From assembly GCA_951406725.2 (NCBI GenBank), contig OX597819.1:5456001-5520000 (forward strand): a DNA stretch of 64,000 nt, in the 5' to 3' direction. The notes beneath the pieces are model-generated. The model saw only the letters and a list, made by a program, of their open reading frames with translations, was not told the origin of the DNA and ran no database searches. The stretch is from Octopus vulgaris (taxonomy: Eukaryota). Below, one piece after another: positions 1 to 13,430 of this stretch. How positions within the stretch are numbered: position 1 is the first letter of the stretch; every line of letters begins with the position of its first letter. Made by a program: the position numbers and the translations under genes.

Positions 1-220
1 CCCTTTGAAATACAGGTACAACAGAAACAGGAAGTAAGAGTGAGAGAAAGTTTGTGGTGAAAGAGTACAGCAGGGATCACCACCATCCCCTGCCGGAGCC
101 TCGTGGAGCTTTTAGGTGTTTTCGCTCAATAAATACTCACAACGCCCGGTCTGGGAATCGAAACCGCGATCCTCCGACCGCGAGTCCGCTGCCCTAACCA
201 CTGGGCCATTGCGCCTCCAC
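1..220 (-). mobile_element. tRNA-derived SINE family A, 5' part (runs off window)
   Basis: Reverse complement starts GTGGAGGCGCAATGGCCCAGTGGTTAGGGC (A box) ... GGTTTCGATTCCC (B box); near-identical to the other family-A copies in the window. Confidence 0.9.
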
Positions 221-493
221 TAGTTAGATGTAATTAAGTCTATGTTCAGACCAATGGTTTCACATCCACGAAAGCTTAGCCACATGGACTAGTAAGCCCT
301 TTATGTGTGTGTGTGTGTGTGTGTGCATCGTCAATGAATCATATACTCGAAAAAGAAGCACACTCTAAAGCAGCGCTCCTTAAACTTTTACCATTCACGA
401 CCCCATTTCTCATCACGAGATTTTTCACTCTATGACCGGACATAGGCTTAACTACATATAAATACATTACTGCGCTTCTTAAACTATGGGTCG

Positions 494-968
494 GATCTTT
501 TCCTTTTGAACGGCACTTTATAACATAATTTCTAGGTAACTAAAAAGTTTTATACTTCATATACTGGTAGAATGTGTTTATAAAACATCATTTTCTCTTG
601 GCTTTATTGAGAAAATTCTATAGGTTGTAACATATTTCGTCTTTAATTTTGAGCATTTCGGCAATTTTAACCAATCGCTGACGTCCGTTTAGGTAAATAA
701 CATTCTGTGCATAATGAATATGTCCCTCCTTTAAGAAACAGATTGGGTTTATTTACATTTGTAAAGAAAAAAAGATACCGTTCCCCAACTCCTAACCCTA
801 ATTCTAACCCTAAATCTAAATTAGATTGAAATGCAATAGATCGATACTAGGGCTATAATTATGGGTGACATTTTCATTTGACACCGCTAGAAAAAAATCC
901 CATTTTCCGTAGCGGTGTCGTATGAAATTGTCACCCATAATTATAACCCTAGTATCGATCTATTGCAT
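494..968. mobile_element. Non-autonomous DNA-transposon-like element (GGATCTTTTCC terminus, internal CTAACC repeats) with a folded-back right end
   Basis: Terminus GGATCTTTTCCTTTTGAACGGCA recurs inverted near 2920-2942; arms 831-889 and 910-968 are reverse complements. Confidence 0.6.
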
Positions 969-1155
969 CCCCCCCAACATCGCTTGATAACCGATGCTGG
1001 TGTGTTTACATCCCCGTAACATAGTGGTTCGGCAAAAGAGGCCGATAGAATAAGTACTAGGTTTACAAAGAATAAGTCCTGGGGTCGATTTGCTCGACTA
1101 AAGGCGGTGCTCCAGCATGGTCACAGTCAAATGACTGAAACAATTAAAAGAGTTA
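969..1155 (+). mobile_element. SINE family B, 3' half
   Basis: AACCGATGCTGGTGTGTTT...GGCGGTGCTCCAGCATGG...GACTGAAAC tail shared with full copies. Confidence 0.85.
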
Positions 1156-1156
1156 A

Positions 1157-1331
1157 AGTCTTCAAAATCATTTGGACGGAAAAAAATATGAATTCTGTAG
1201 ACGAGGTCGTAACAGTACTAGAGGAGTATTTTTCGTCACAGACGAGTGAATTTTGGGAGAGGAACCTTACAAGTCTACCAGATAAATGGAAGAGCATTGT
1301 AGAAAATGAAGGAGAGTATATTTTAGATTAA
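1157..1331 (+). pseudogene. mariner transposase C-terminal relic
   Basis: SLQNHLDGK (one frameshift) then ...LEEYFSSQTSEFWERNLTSLPDKWKSIVENEGEYILD*, the typical mariner C-terminus. Confidence 0.8.
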
Positions 1332-1960
1332 AAAAGACATTTATCTTAATTTTGAAAATAAAAGGAGTATGGTATATACATCGTTGCTATTATGTTAAAC
1401 TGTCGTATGTCCAAATTTGGCTATATGCGGTTTTTTTTCAGTATTTATTTATGTTTGTAATAGCCGGTATTTTTGGTCAAACTATCGTATCTCCAGCTGC
1501 TTCAGATGCCAAGTTATCAAAAATTGTCAAAGTGTAGTTTTGCTATGGAATGGTAAAACTATTTTTTCGTTTTCAGAAAAAAAAACAAAACGTTTTGGAT
1601 TTACGACACTTTTGCATAATAACGACGACATATATATGTGTACACACACACACACATGTTACATAAACATTAAATTTCGCACTTCAGTTTTCCTTTCTAT
1701 CACTTCCATTTCTTATTGTATTGTGGCCATTTCAAGTTCCGTTTCTTTAGCATTTTATTACACAACCGGAAAATTATACTCGTATAATCTGATTTTGTGT
1801 AAAAAGCTCTTAATTTTTATCTAATTGTTTTTGTCGAAAAATTTATAAACTGAAGCATTACTGTACAGGATGTGTTTTGACAATGCTGACAACATATTTT
1901 GATCTGTGCGTGACTGGCGACAGGGAAACTCAAATACGCTTTATATAGATTATCTACAGT

Positions 1961-2343
1961 GGAAGCACTCCGTCGGTTACGACGACGAGGGTTCCGGTTG
2001 ATCCGATCAACGGAACAGACTGCTCGTGAAATTAACGTGTAAGTGGCTGAGCACTCCACAGACACGTGTACCCTTAACGTAGTTCTCGGGGATATTCAGC
2101 GTGACACAGAGAGTGACAAGGCCGGCCCTTTGAAATACAGGTACAACAGAAACAGGAAGTAAGAGTGAGAGAAAGTTGTGGTGAAAGAGTACAGCAGGGA
2201 TCACCACCATTCCCTGCCGGAGCCTCGTGGAGCTTTAGGTGTTTTCGCTCAATAAACACTCACAACGCCCGGTCTGGGAATCGAAACCGCGATCCAACGA
2301 CCGCGAGTCCGCTGCCCTAACCACTGGGCCATTGCGCCTCCAC
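1961..2343 (-). mobile_element. SINE family A, full length
   Basis: A/B boxes; 13-bp TSD GATTATCTACAGT at 1948-1960 and 2345-2357. Confidence 0.95.
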
Positions 2344-2601
2344 TGATTATCTACAGTAACGCGCTTAGTGCAATATTTACGTTTTAAGCAATTCCGCCGA
2401 GGTCGACTTTGTGTTTCATCCTTTCGGGGTCGATAAATTAAGTACCAGTTGCGTACTGAGGTCGATCTAATCGACTGCCCCACCCACAAAAAAAAAATTC
2501 GGGCCTTGTGCCTAGAGTAGAAAAGAATATTTATATTTTAAGCTGCATTTCCTTTACATAAAAGTAAATTTTCAGTAAACTTTTATTTTCCATTGCTTTC
2601 G

Positions 2602-2942
2602 TTTTAGCCTTTCGTTTTTTTCTTCTTAATTGTTATCCTGAAATTAATTTAACAATTAAGAAAAAAAAACAAAAAAACCAAAGGCTAAAATTTAGGGTTA
2701 GGGTTAGTGACAGGATGTTGTCTCAGTTTTAGACGCAGCAAATGATTTTAGCTCACAAGAGGCGATTCATTGGTTAAAATTCGAAAAATTAAACTACGTT
2801 AAACAAACGAATTACAATTTTCTCAAGAAAGCCAAGAGAAAAAAATGTTTTATTTTGACACATTCTACCAGTATACGAAGTATAAAAGTGTTTAGTTAAC
2901 TAGAAATTGTGTTGAAAAGTGCCGTTCAAAAGGAAAAGATCC
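2602..2942. mobile_element. Second, diverged GGATCTTTTCC-terminated element, inverted relative to 494-968
   Basis: Ends GTGCCGTTCAAAAGGAAAAGATCC; TTAGGG repeats near 2692-2706; short fold-back 2602-2635/2650-2690. Confidence 0.55.
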
Positions 2943-3104
2943 CAATTATTATTTAAAAAAAAAAAAAATTCATGAAACTTTATTCTCTAAGTTCGCTGTA
3001 ACTTGTTCAAGGATCGAAAGATGACCAACAGGTGATTTTTTCGTTAATTTTTGTGCTATTGTTCCTTTTGTATCATTTTCTGCGGTTGAATAATTTACAT
3101 GAAA

Positions 3105-3249
3105 CCATTGGTACTGCATTCATACCAATCACTGTAGTAAAAGAAAGTTTGGAAATCTTTCGATATTAGTAACGACGTCATTCACCCGCTTTTTGAGCTC
3201 AGCCTTTTTATCAATGTCAAGGGAATGTTATGTGCGCGAATGACGTCAT
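3105..3249. promoter_or_regulatory. Candidate cis-regulatory cluster (CCAAT boxes, CRE)
   Basis: Perfect palindrome ATGACGTCAT at 3240-3249, near-CRE CGACGTCA at 3173-3180, ATTGG/CCAAT at about 3107-3129, in non-repetitive DNA. Confidence 0.3.
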
Positions 3250-3351
3250 CTACTAATACCGAAAGAGTGCCGAAAGTTTTCGTCCACTGTTGCAGTGTTG
3301 ATTACTCACTTTCTTGTTCGTTACATACGTGTGAGTATGTGTATGTGTATA

Positions 3352-3388
<37 letters not shown>

Positions 3389-5065
3389 ATATAATGTGTG
3401 TGTTGTCTGAAAATCGGTTCTAATTTACTCAAATGAAACTTTAATGTCAGTGACTTAGACTTGAGTTGGCTAAACTTGAAAAGAAGCGCAGTGTTTTGGC
3501 GGATGACAGTCAGAGAAGATGAAGGGAAGCTTGTGTTGTAGTAACAATGCATTGCAGTTGGGACACAAGTGCGTACGATGCTGATAATGTTGTCGATGAT
3601 AATGATGATGATGATCCACTAACACTTTGACATTTACAGAGTAACTAGGTCTTCTAAGCTCACAGGCTCACCATTTCAACACTCTCATCCACCAGTTATT
3701 GTTGATAAAGTGCCCCTCTCCACCACTCACACACAAACACGCGCGCACAAGTTTTTATGTGACATACAAGCGACCAGGCTTACTTCGAAGATGAAAATAT
3801 TTCACATCACAAGTATTTTCTATTCGGCATGTGCACTTAAGTGTCATAATCGTCATCTCCATCGCAATCATAATGATCGCCACTGTTGAGTGTGTGTGTC
3901 TGTGTGTGTGCGTGGGTCCGTGAATAACCAGTTTCTTGTAAATATACAGACAGATGCGCTTTTAATAGTAAATAAGGAGGTTGGTTGAGGACTACTATGT
4001 TTTTATGTATCTTCGTATGCATTCAATTACACAACGGAATCTATAAATATACGCACGTAACTGAAATCTTGCACATACATTTACACACACACACGTGCGT
4101 ATACACAAGTACACACGTACACACACAAACACATGTACAAACACACACACGTAGACACGTTCACATTACACACGTGCGCATACACGTACACACACACTAC
4201 ACACACGTACACACACAAACACATGTACAAACACACAAACGTAGACACGCTCACATTACACACGTGCGCATACACACACACATGTACATACACGTACACA
4301 CACACACACTACACACACGTACACACACATTACACACACACATACACATTACACACCCGTAAACACGCGTACGAGCACACGTACGCACACAATAACACAT
4401 CAGTACACGCACACATGTACACACACACGTACACACGCCAACTACCACCGACACACAAAGATTGGACATGGAGTACATATTCTCTTCGTGATTGTTTATA
4501 TGTGTTTGTTAAATGTATAAATGTCCATGTGTGTGTGTGTGTGCGTGTGTGTGCGTGTGCATTAAACTATGTTTGTGTAAGTATAACCGCATGTAAAATA
4601 TATACAAATATACGCTGGCTAAAATCCGTTTAATAGAATCTAATTCTTTATTCTTCACCGGAGAATAGAATTCTTGACGAACAATATTATCGGGTTCACG
4701 GGGATGGGAAATTAATGAACATTTCGTTACCTACAGACCCTTTTTTACGTCTTGGGATGAGGGCTGCTTTTCCGAAAATAATTTTGCTATTTAATTTAAA
4801 CAAGAAGAGGAGCGAAAAAGTAAGAAGGATCGTTGTTACTGAGCTACTAAAGGTGATTCAGAGAAGCAGGGACTGCAATAAAATGTGTGTGTGTGTGTGT
4901 GTGTGTGTGTCTGCGAGTGTGTGTGTGTGCGTGTGAGTGAGAGGGGGTGCAGAAAGGGAGAAAGACGGGGGACAAACATTTTCTGATGCACTCATATGTA
5001 TGCATACGTATAAACACACATATATTTGAACATGTATAAATATATATATATTTGAACATTATATA

Positions 5066-5117
<52 letters not shown>

Positions 5118-5281
5118 GGTCCCGGGTTGATTCAGGGTTAACCACAGTAAGTAAGGTACTCAATACATAGCAGAGTAAAATTAATTTATTATATAGAAGG
5201 AGCTTCTACAGGACTAGTACTGTATGTTTACACATGCAGACACATACACATACGCACACATATATGTAACACATATATATG

Positions 5282-5323
<42 letters not shown>

Positions 5324-6004
5324 TTGTATGTATACGTACATACATATATATGTAAATGGTTGGTGACACACACACAGGCACACAGAGATATAGATGGATA
5401 GTAAGATAGATATAGATATGCAAATATGAAAATGACAAAGAAATTAATGATAGGTGTAGAGAAAGAAGAGAGAGAGAGAAAGGAGAGAGAGAGGGGGTGA
5501 GTGAGAGAAAACAAGAATTAAATAAAACAACTGGTTATATATATAAGAGATAATGGAAATGCCAGTTGTAAGAGGTTATTTTATTAACGCCTGAAGTAAA
5601 ATCTAACGTGAACTCGCTCAATCGCTAAACGTTAGCATGTTTCCGTTTTGTTCTATTTTCATTTCGCACCATCAGCTTATTTTGACAGAAATAGTTACGG
5701 TGTTTGTATGTATACGTGAAATGGTTGAGAGAGACGTCTATACGATCAGTCATTGTGTCTGTTGAAGCTTTGATTACATAGAAAAAGCCGTTGTCGCTTA
5801 GCTCCAGGTCAGCTGTAATAGAGCTGAGACAACCATAGTTGTCCTCATCCCTTTTTAGGGGTCTTTGCAGGACCGGTGTCGTCTTAACGCATTGGCACAC
5901 TGGACAGTTGCTTGTGGAAAGGTGGTGGGGACACTTACGGGTATAGGGTAACAATAGTAATCTATGTTGTGGCTCGGGTGGGGCAATACTAATGTTATGA
6001 CAGC

Positions 6005-6190
6005 AGCGGTATTTCGTCTGAGGTTACGTTATGAGTTCAAATTCCGCCGAGGTCGACTTTGCCTTTCATCCTTTCGGGGTCGATAAATTAAGTACCAGTT
6101 ACACACTGGAGTCGATGTAATCGACTTAATCCGTTTGTCTGTCCTTGTTTGTCCCCTCTGTGTTTAGCCCTTGTGGGTAGTAAAGAAATA
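6005..6190 (+). mobile_element. SINE family C, 5'-truncated
   Basis: B box GAGTTCAAATTCC, central GCCTTTCATCCTTTCGGGGTCGATAAATTAAGTACC (resembles the Meta-SINE domain), tail TAAAGAAATA. Confidence 0.85.
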
Positions 6191-6382
6191 GTTTTATGGA
6201 GGTTTACATGATCCAGTGAATCCTTTTTTACACGATGGTAGGGGACGTGGCTACTAATTCTACTAGGTTGACTGACCATACACCCTCTACACATAGTGCC
6301 ATATACGATTATGATATCCTTTATACCTTATACCTTATAGGTACAGTGTTTTTTAATGCGTGTATTTTATACGTAAATTGTA

Positions 6383-6428
<46 letters not shown>

Positions 6429-6539
6429 CATACATATATATACTACACATGTGTGCAAATATGTAATATATATAATGTAATATATTTGCGTGTGTATGTT
6501 TACACATGCAGACACATACACATACGCACACATATATGT

Positions 6540-7670
<1,131 letters not shown>

Positions 7671-8185
7671 GTGTGTGTAATTAAATGTAATATAATGTAT
7701 AACAATGATATACACGCGTGCACGAACGCTCGCAAACACACACATGCGATCTTCCGATTCTGGGACACGTACATGTGACACTTGAAAACGAAAGCAAAAA
7801 TAAGGAAGAACGTACAAAAACAACTCTGCTATATTGAAACGACGGAAACGAATACAAGTAATTTATTATCTCTTGACAGGACACATCATCCCCGTTGATA
7901 AATTCTCAGAAAGGAAAAGATCGCCGACATTTCCTTTATTTCCATGGATTAATCAGGAAAAGTTACCGATTTTACTGATACTGTGCAACAATAGGGAATA
8001 AGTTATAGAATAGCGAAAAAGGTATGGATTTTGTTTGATTTTATTAAAACTAAGCTATAAGGAAAATTTCATCAGTAATATCTTCATCTACACACTAGAA
8101 TATTATCTACAGTATTTCATTAAAAATATATATATTATGAAAATTAAGAGGAAACGAAGTCGGCGCGACACCAAACCGCTATATC

Positions 8186-8306
8186 TATTTTTACTACCCA
8201 CAAGGGGCTAAACATAGAGGGGACAAACAAGGACAGACAAAGGTATCAAGTCGATTACATCGACCCAGTGCGTAACTGGTACTTATTTAATCGACCCTGA
8301 AAGGAT
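8186..8306 (-). mobile_element. SINE family C, 3' fragment
   Basis: Matches the family-C tail. Confidence 0.8.
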
Positions 8307-8501
8307 AGTGCCTGTGTGTGTGTGTGTTGTTGTGTGTCTCTATCTATGTCTGCCTGCCTGCCTGTCTGTCTGTCTATCTGTCTGTCTGTCTGTCAAATAT
8401 ATTATAAAAGTTCATAACAGCGTTAAAAAGCTAATAAGAAAGAGCAGACAAAATGAGAGAGAGTGAGAGAGATGATGATAATAAGAACAAGATGAACTTA
8501 C

Positions 8502-8559
8502 CTGAACACAAGTAAATAATCGCCAGTGTGACAGCACACTTCACAAAAGGGAAGGCCAT
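8502..8559 (-). CDS. Putative first coding exon of a secreted or membrane protein (signal peptide MAFPFVKCAVTLAIIYLCS)
   Basis: Good start context (CCAACT-ATG-G), 19 mostly hydrophobic codons plus 1 nt, then a consensus donor CAG|GTAAGT (phase 1, typical after signal-peptide exons); unique DNA; TATA-like box upstream. Confidence 0.55.
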
Positions 8560-8677
8560 AGTTGGATTGTGTTGTGTTTGTTTGCGACTTGGGAAATGAG
8601 AGGCAAGCAAGCAAAGAGAGAATGTTTTCAAAAGCGACAGATAATTCCACAGACTCTTTGCGTCAGCTTCATTACGC

Positions 8678-8687
8678 TTAATATATA
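8678..8687 (-). promoter_or_regulatory. TATA-like box for the putative minus-strand gene
   Basis: TATATATTAA about 120 nt upstream of the ATG in unique sequence. Confidence 0.3.
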
Positions 8688-9043
8688 GAGTAGTGGCGAA
8701 GCTACGTATGGAATAACATAGCAGGAAGGAGGAGAAAGAACGTAATGGGAGGAGAGGGAAGAGCGAGAGAGGGACGGTGTGAGGAAGAGATTAGGTAGAA
8801 AAGAACCGGGGAAGGAGGCAAGGGATCGCTTATACTTTTAATTTGTTTCTTTCTTTTTTATGGCGTATTTTCATTTATTTACATCTTTACGTATATCTGA
8901 CACGCGTGTGCTCACACCCACACGCACACACACACACACTCCAGCACGCACCCCTCTCTCTATCTCTCTGTCTGTTTCTCTCTCTAGATATATATATATA
9001 TGTACATATATATATATATATATGTACATGCACACACACACGT

Positions 9044-9103
<60 letters not shown>

Positions 9104-9125
9104 CATATATATATATAATATATAT

Positions 9126-9214
<89 letters not shown>

Positions 9215-9222
9215 TATATATG

Positions 9223-9551
9223 GAAGTCGGCCTGTGTGTGTTTGATGGGGTGTGGGAGACAGACAGTATGTTGTGTAAGTGAAGTGCTTCTGTTAGTATG
9301 TGTGAAGAGACAGACATACATATACACATACACCGAGTAAAAAATTACGATGAATCGGCCATACATACATACATACATACACACACACATACATAGATAC
9401 ATACACACACACAATACATACATACACACACACACATATTACACACACACACACACATAGATACATACACACACACACAAACATGCAGACATACATATAC
9501 ACAAACACCGAGTAAAAAATTACTATGAATCGACCATACATACATACATAC

Positions 9552-9582
<31 letters not shown>

Positions 9583-9901
9583 TACATAGATACATACACA
9601 CACACACATACATGCATACATACATATACACATACACCGAGTAAAAAATCAGTTATCTCTCTCTTTCACACATTACTCTCTCTGTCTCTTCGCACACACT
9701 AACAGAAGCACTTCACTTACACAACATACTGTCTGTCTCCCACACCCCATCAAACACACACAGGCCGACTTCAAAGAGAAACCTTCTCGTCATAAAATCG
9801 CTTCCTCTTAGTCTCTTTCGCTCTCATTACTTATGTAAAAAAATAAAAGTTTTTTACGGAAATCGACGGAAATCTGAGCTACGACATGCGAAGCTTCCTT
9901 C

Positions 9902-9905
<4 letters not shown>
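9223..9905. repeat. (TA)n-flanked composite: about 92-bp inverted repeat enclosing tandem CACCGAGTAAAAAAT/(CATA)n units
   Basis: 9223-9314 is the reverse complement of 9680-9772; terminal hairpin GCGAAG-CTTC-CTTCGC before (TA)n. Confidence 0.75.
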
Positions 9906-9969
<64 letters not shown>

Positions 9970-10107
9970 ATATATATTATCTTTTATTAAACTTTTAATA
10001 ATTTTGATATTTATTTAAAATAATATAAATTAATTAATTTTATGTATTGGCTTATGTTTTTCATTGTTTGATTTGCCTAATAGTGGTTTTATCTCTTAAT
10101 TTAATAT

Positions 10108-10171
<64 letters not shown>

Positions 10172-10565
10172 CATACACATATGTAGGTGTGTATACATAC
10201 ATACATACATACATATATGTATATGTGTGTATATATATATCTATATCTATATATATATATGCAAACTTTCTCTAACTCCCAAGGCACACACGCTCTTGCA
10301 CGCACACGCGCTCGCACACACACACACACACACGCACATACGCATACACACACATATTGATACAAACATATAAGCGTAGGAGTGGCTGTGTGGTAGAAGT
10401 TTTGTGCTACTATGTTCGTACATTGCGCACATGGTATGTATATATGTATGTACTTGTGTACCTGTGTTTGACCCCTACCATCGCTTGACAACCAACCGAT
10501 GTTGGTGTGCTTACGACCCCGTAACTTAGCAGTTTGTGTTCTACGTTTATTTGTGGTGTCCTGTA

Positions 10566-10611
<46 letters not shown>

Positions 10612-10759
10612 TGTATATATACATGTAGATGTATGTACATACATGTATGTATATATGCATATATTTTATTTATTTATTATATTATTATATAACCGAACGC
10701 ACGCGTTTTTTCCTTTCTCCAAGAAAGTATATATATATATATATATACATACATACACA

Positions 10760-10828
<69 letters not shown>

Positions 10829-11096
10829 GTATGTGTGTATGTATGTATGTATGTATGTATGTACGTACGTATATATATTTGTGTCTGTGTTTGTCCCCCT
10901 ACCATCGCAGTAACTTAGCATTTCGGCAAAATTGACTGATAGAATAAGTACTAGGCTTACAAAGAATAAGGACGGGTGCGATTTCTTCGACTAAAGTTGG
11001 TGCTCCGACATGACCGCATTTAAATGACCGAAAGATGTAAAATAAATAAAAGAATATTATATGTGTGCTGTTTATGCATACTCGATATATATATAT

Positions 11097-11253
11097 GGCC
11101 TGCTCGCTTAGCCAGCGGGGTGGCGTCATTCGAAGGCTAAAACAATGCGAAGCGCATTGTGATCAGCGATGTGTAGCAACATATGATAGCCTGGTCGGTC
11201 ACGGTCACGGTGTTTTAGCCTTCGAATGACGCCAACCCGCTGGCTAAGCGAGC

Positions 11254-11254
<1 letters not shown>
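11097..11254 (+). mobile_element. 3' tail of SINE A-prime with a 44-bp fold-back, inside (TA)n
   Basis: Homologous to 40325-40440; 11101-11144 is inverted at 11211-11254. Confidence 0.8.
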
Positions 11255-11284
<30 letters not shown>

Positions 11285-11348
11285 CAAATATGTATGTGTG
11301 TGTGTGCACATTCTTACTATATCCAACTATTAAGAGAAGCACAAAGAA

Positions 11349-11405
<57 letters not shown>

Positions 11406-11406
11406 T

Positions 11407-12212
<806 letters not shown>

Positions 12213-12249
12213 CATACATACATACATACATATATTTATGTATGTCTTA

Positions 12250-12672
12250 TCTTTACTTGCTTCAGTCAAAGACTGCGGCCATGCTGGAGCACCGCCTTGA
12301 AAAACTTTTAGTCGAACAAATCAATACCAGGACTTTATTTTAAAGCCTGATACTTACTCTATCGGTACCTTCTTGCCAAACCGCTAGATGACGGGCAATA
12401 AACACCAACACCAGTTGTCTATAGGCGGCGGGGTACATGCGCGCGCTACACACACACACACACACACACGCAGACACACACTCACACGCACACACACACT
12501 CACACGCACACACGCACACATACGACTGGCTTCTTCCAGTTTCTGTCTACCAAATCCACTCATAATGCTTTGCTTGGCCCGTGCTTATAGTTGGAGACAC
12601 TTGCCCAAGGTGCCACGCAGTGGGACTGAATCTGGAACCACGTGGTTGGGAAGCAAGAATCTTACCACGCCT
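12250..12672 (-). mobile_element. SINE family B (diverged)
   Basis: Head, CTTGGGCAAGTG core-like motif, internal microsatellite and tail recognisable. Confidence 0.8.
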
Positions 12673-13430
12673 ATATATATATATATATATATATATAATA
12701 CAAAAATGGGAGAAGAAAGCAAAACATCCAGACACTTAGGTGATACAAAAACAGAAGAACAAGACATCTAGATAGAAAGAAAACAAGGACAGGTCATTTG
12801 GAGTTTTCTTTCTTCAGTCGAGTTCCAGATTATCCTTGCAATTTCTGTTGGTTATACTCGAGATTGCTCCAATCGGAGCAGCCCCAAGGAAAAACTAAGC
12901 TAAGAGCATTAAATTCCTTGGAAGAAAGCAGTGAATGTATACGAAAACAAGGACAAAAAAAAAAAACCGGAGAAATGTTACACAAATACAAATGCAAATA
13001 ACGTGACATAACAACAGGTGTCTTTCGACTAAGGACGAATTAAATTAAGCGGGCGTCTGTGGAAGTTAAGCCTTACGGCAGGGACATATGATTTGGCAGG
13101 TACAGAGAGGAATATAGATGTTGCATGGATGGTAGTCGAACCAAGAAAGAAAGGTCAGGCTTAGCCGAACGCCGGTCCCGTGGGGAGAGAAAAGAGAGAG
13201 AGAGAGAGGTAGCGGCAGAGGGATAGAAGAAGTGAGGGGCGAGAAAAAATGAAAGGGACACAGTGAAGTGGAAGTGAGCATGAAGAGAAGGCCAGGAAAT
13301 GTGAGAGGGGGGAAACGAAAGAACGAAGAGTGGAACGAACGAAGCGTGAAAGGGTTGATAGAAAGAAGGAAAGAATGAAAGAATAGAAAGAATAATAGTG
13401 CCATACAAAGACGCAGGAGTGGCTGTGTAG

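Noticed and set aside
790-815. CTAACC/TTAGGG repeats as a telomere remnant
   Set aside because: Only a few degenerate units, internal to a dispersed element
2007-2210. Recurrent ORFs such as MVVIPAVLFHH..., MRNWYL... and MLGGQTQTH...
   Set aside because: Incidental frames within SINE copies, with no protein-family motifs
5625-5954. 109-aa Cys-containing ORF as exon 2 of the secreted-protein gene
   Set aside because: No convincing splice sites or domain; part of it resembles a decayed DNA-transposon end
7773-7810. Possible minus-strand acceptor (TTTTCAAG) and micro-exon
   Set aside because: A weak AAG acceptor; cannot be supported without transcript data
12786-12826. CTGA(A/G)GA motif on the minus strand here and at 15903-15942
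   Set aside because: No GAAA or proper stem III in either copy; at best a decayed ribozyme
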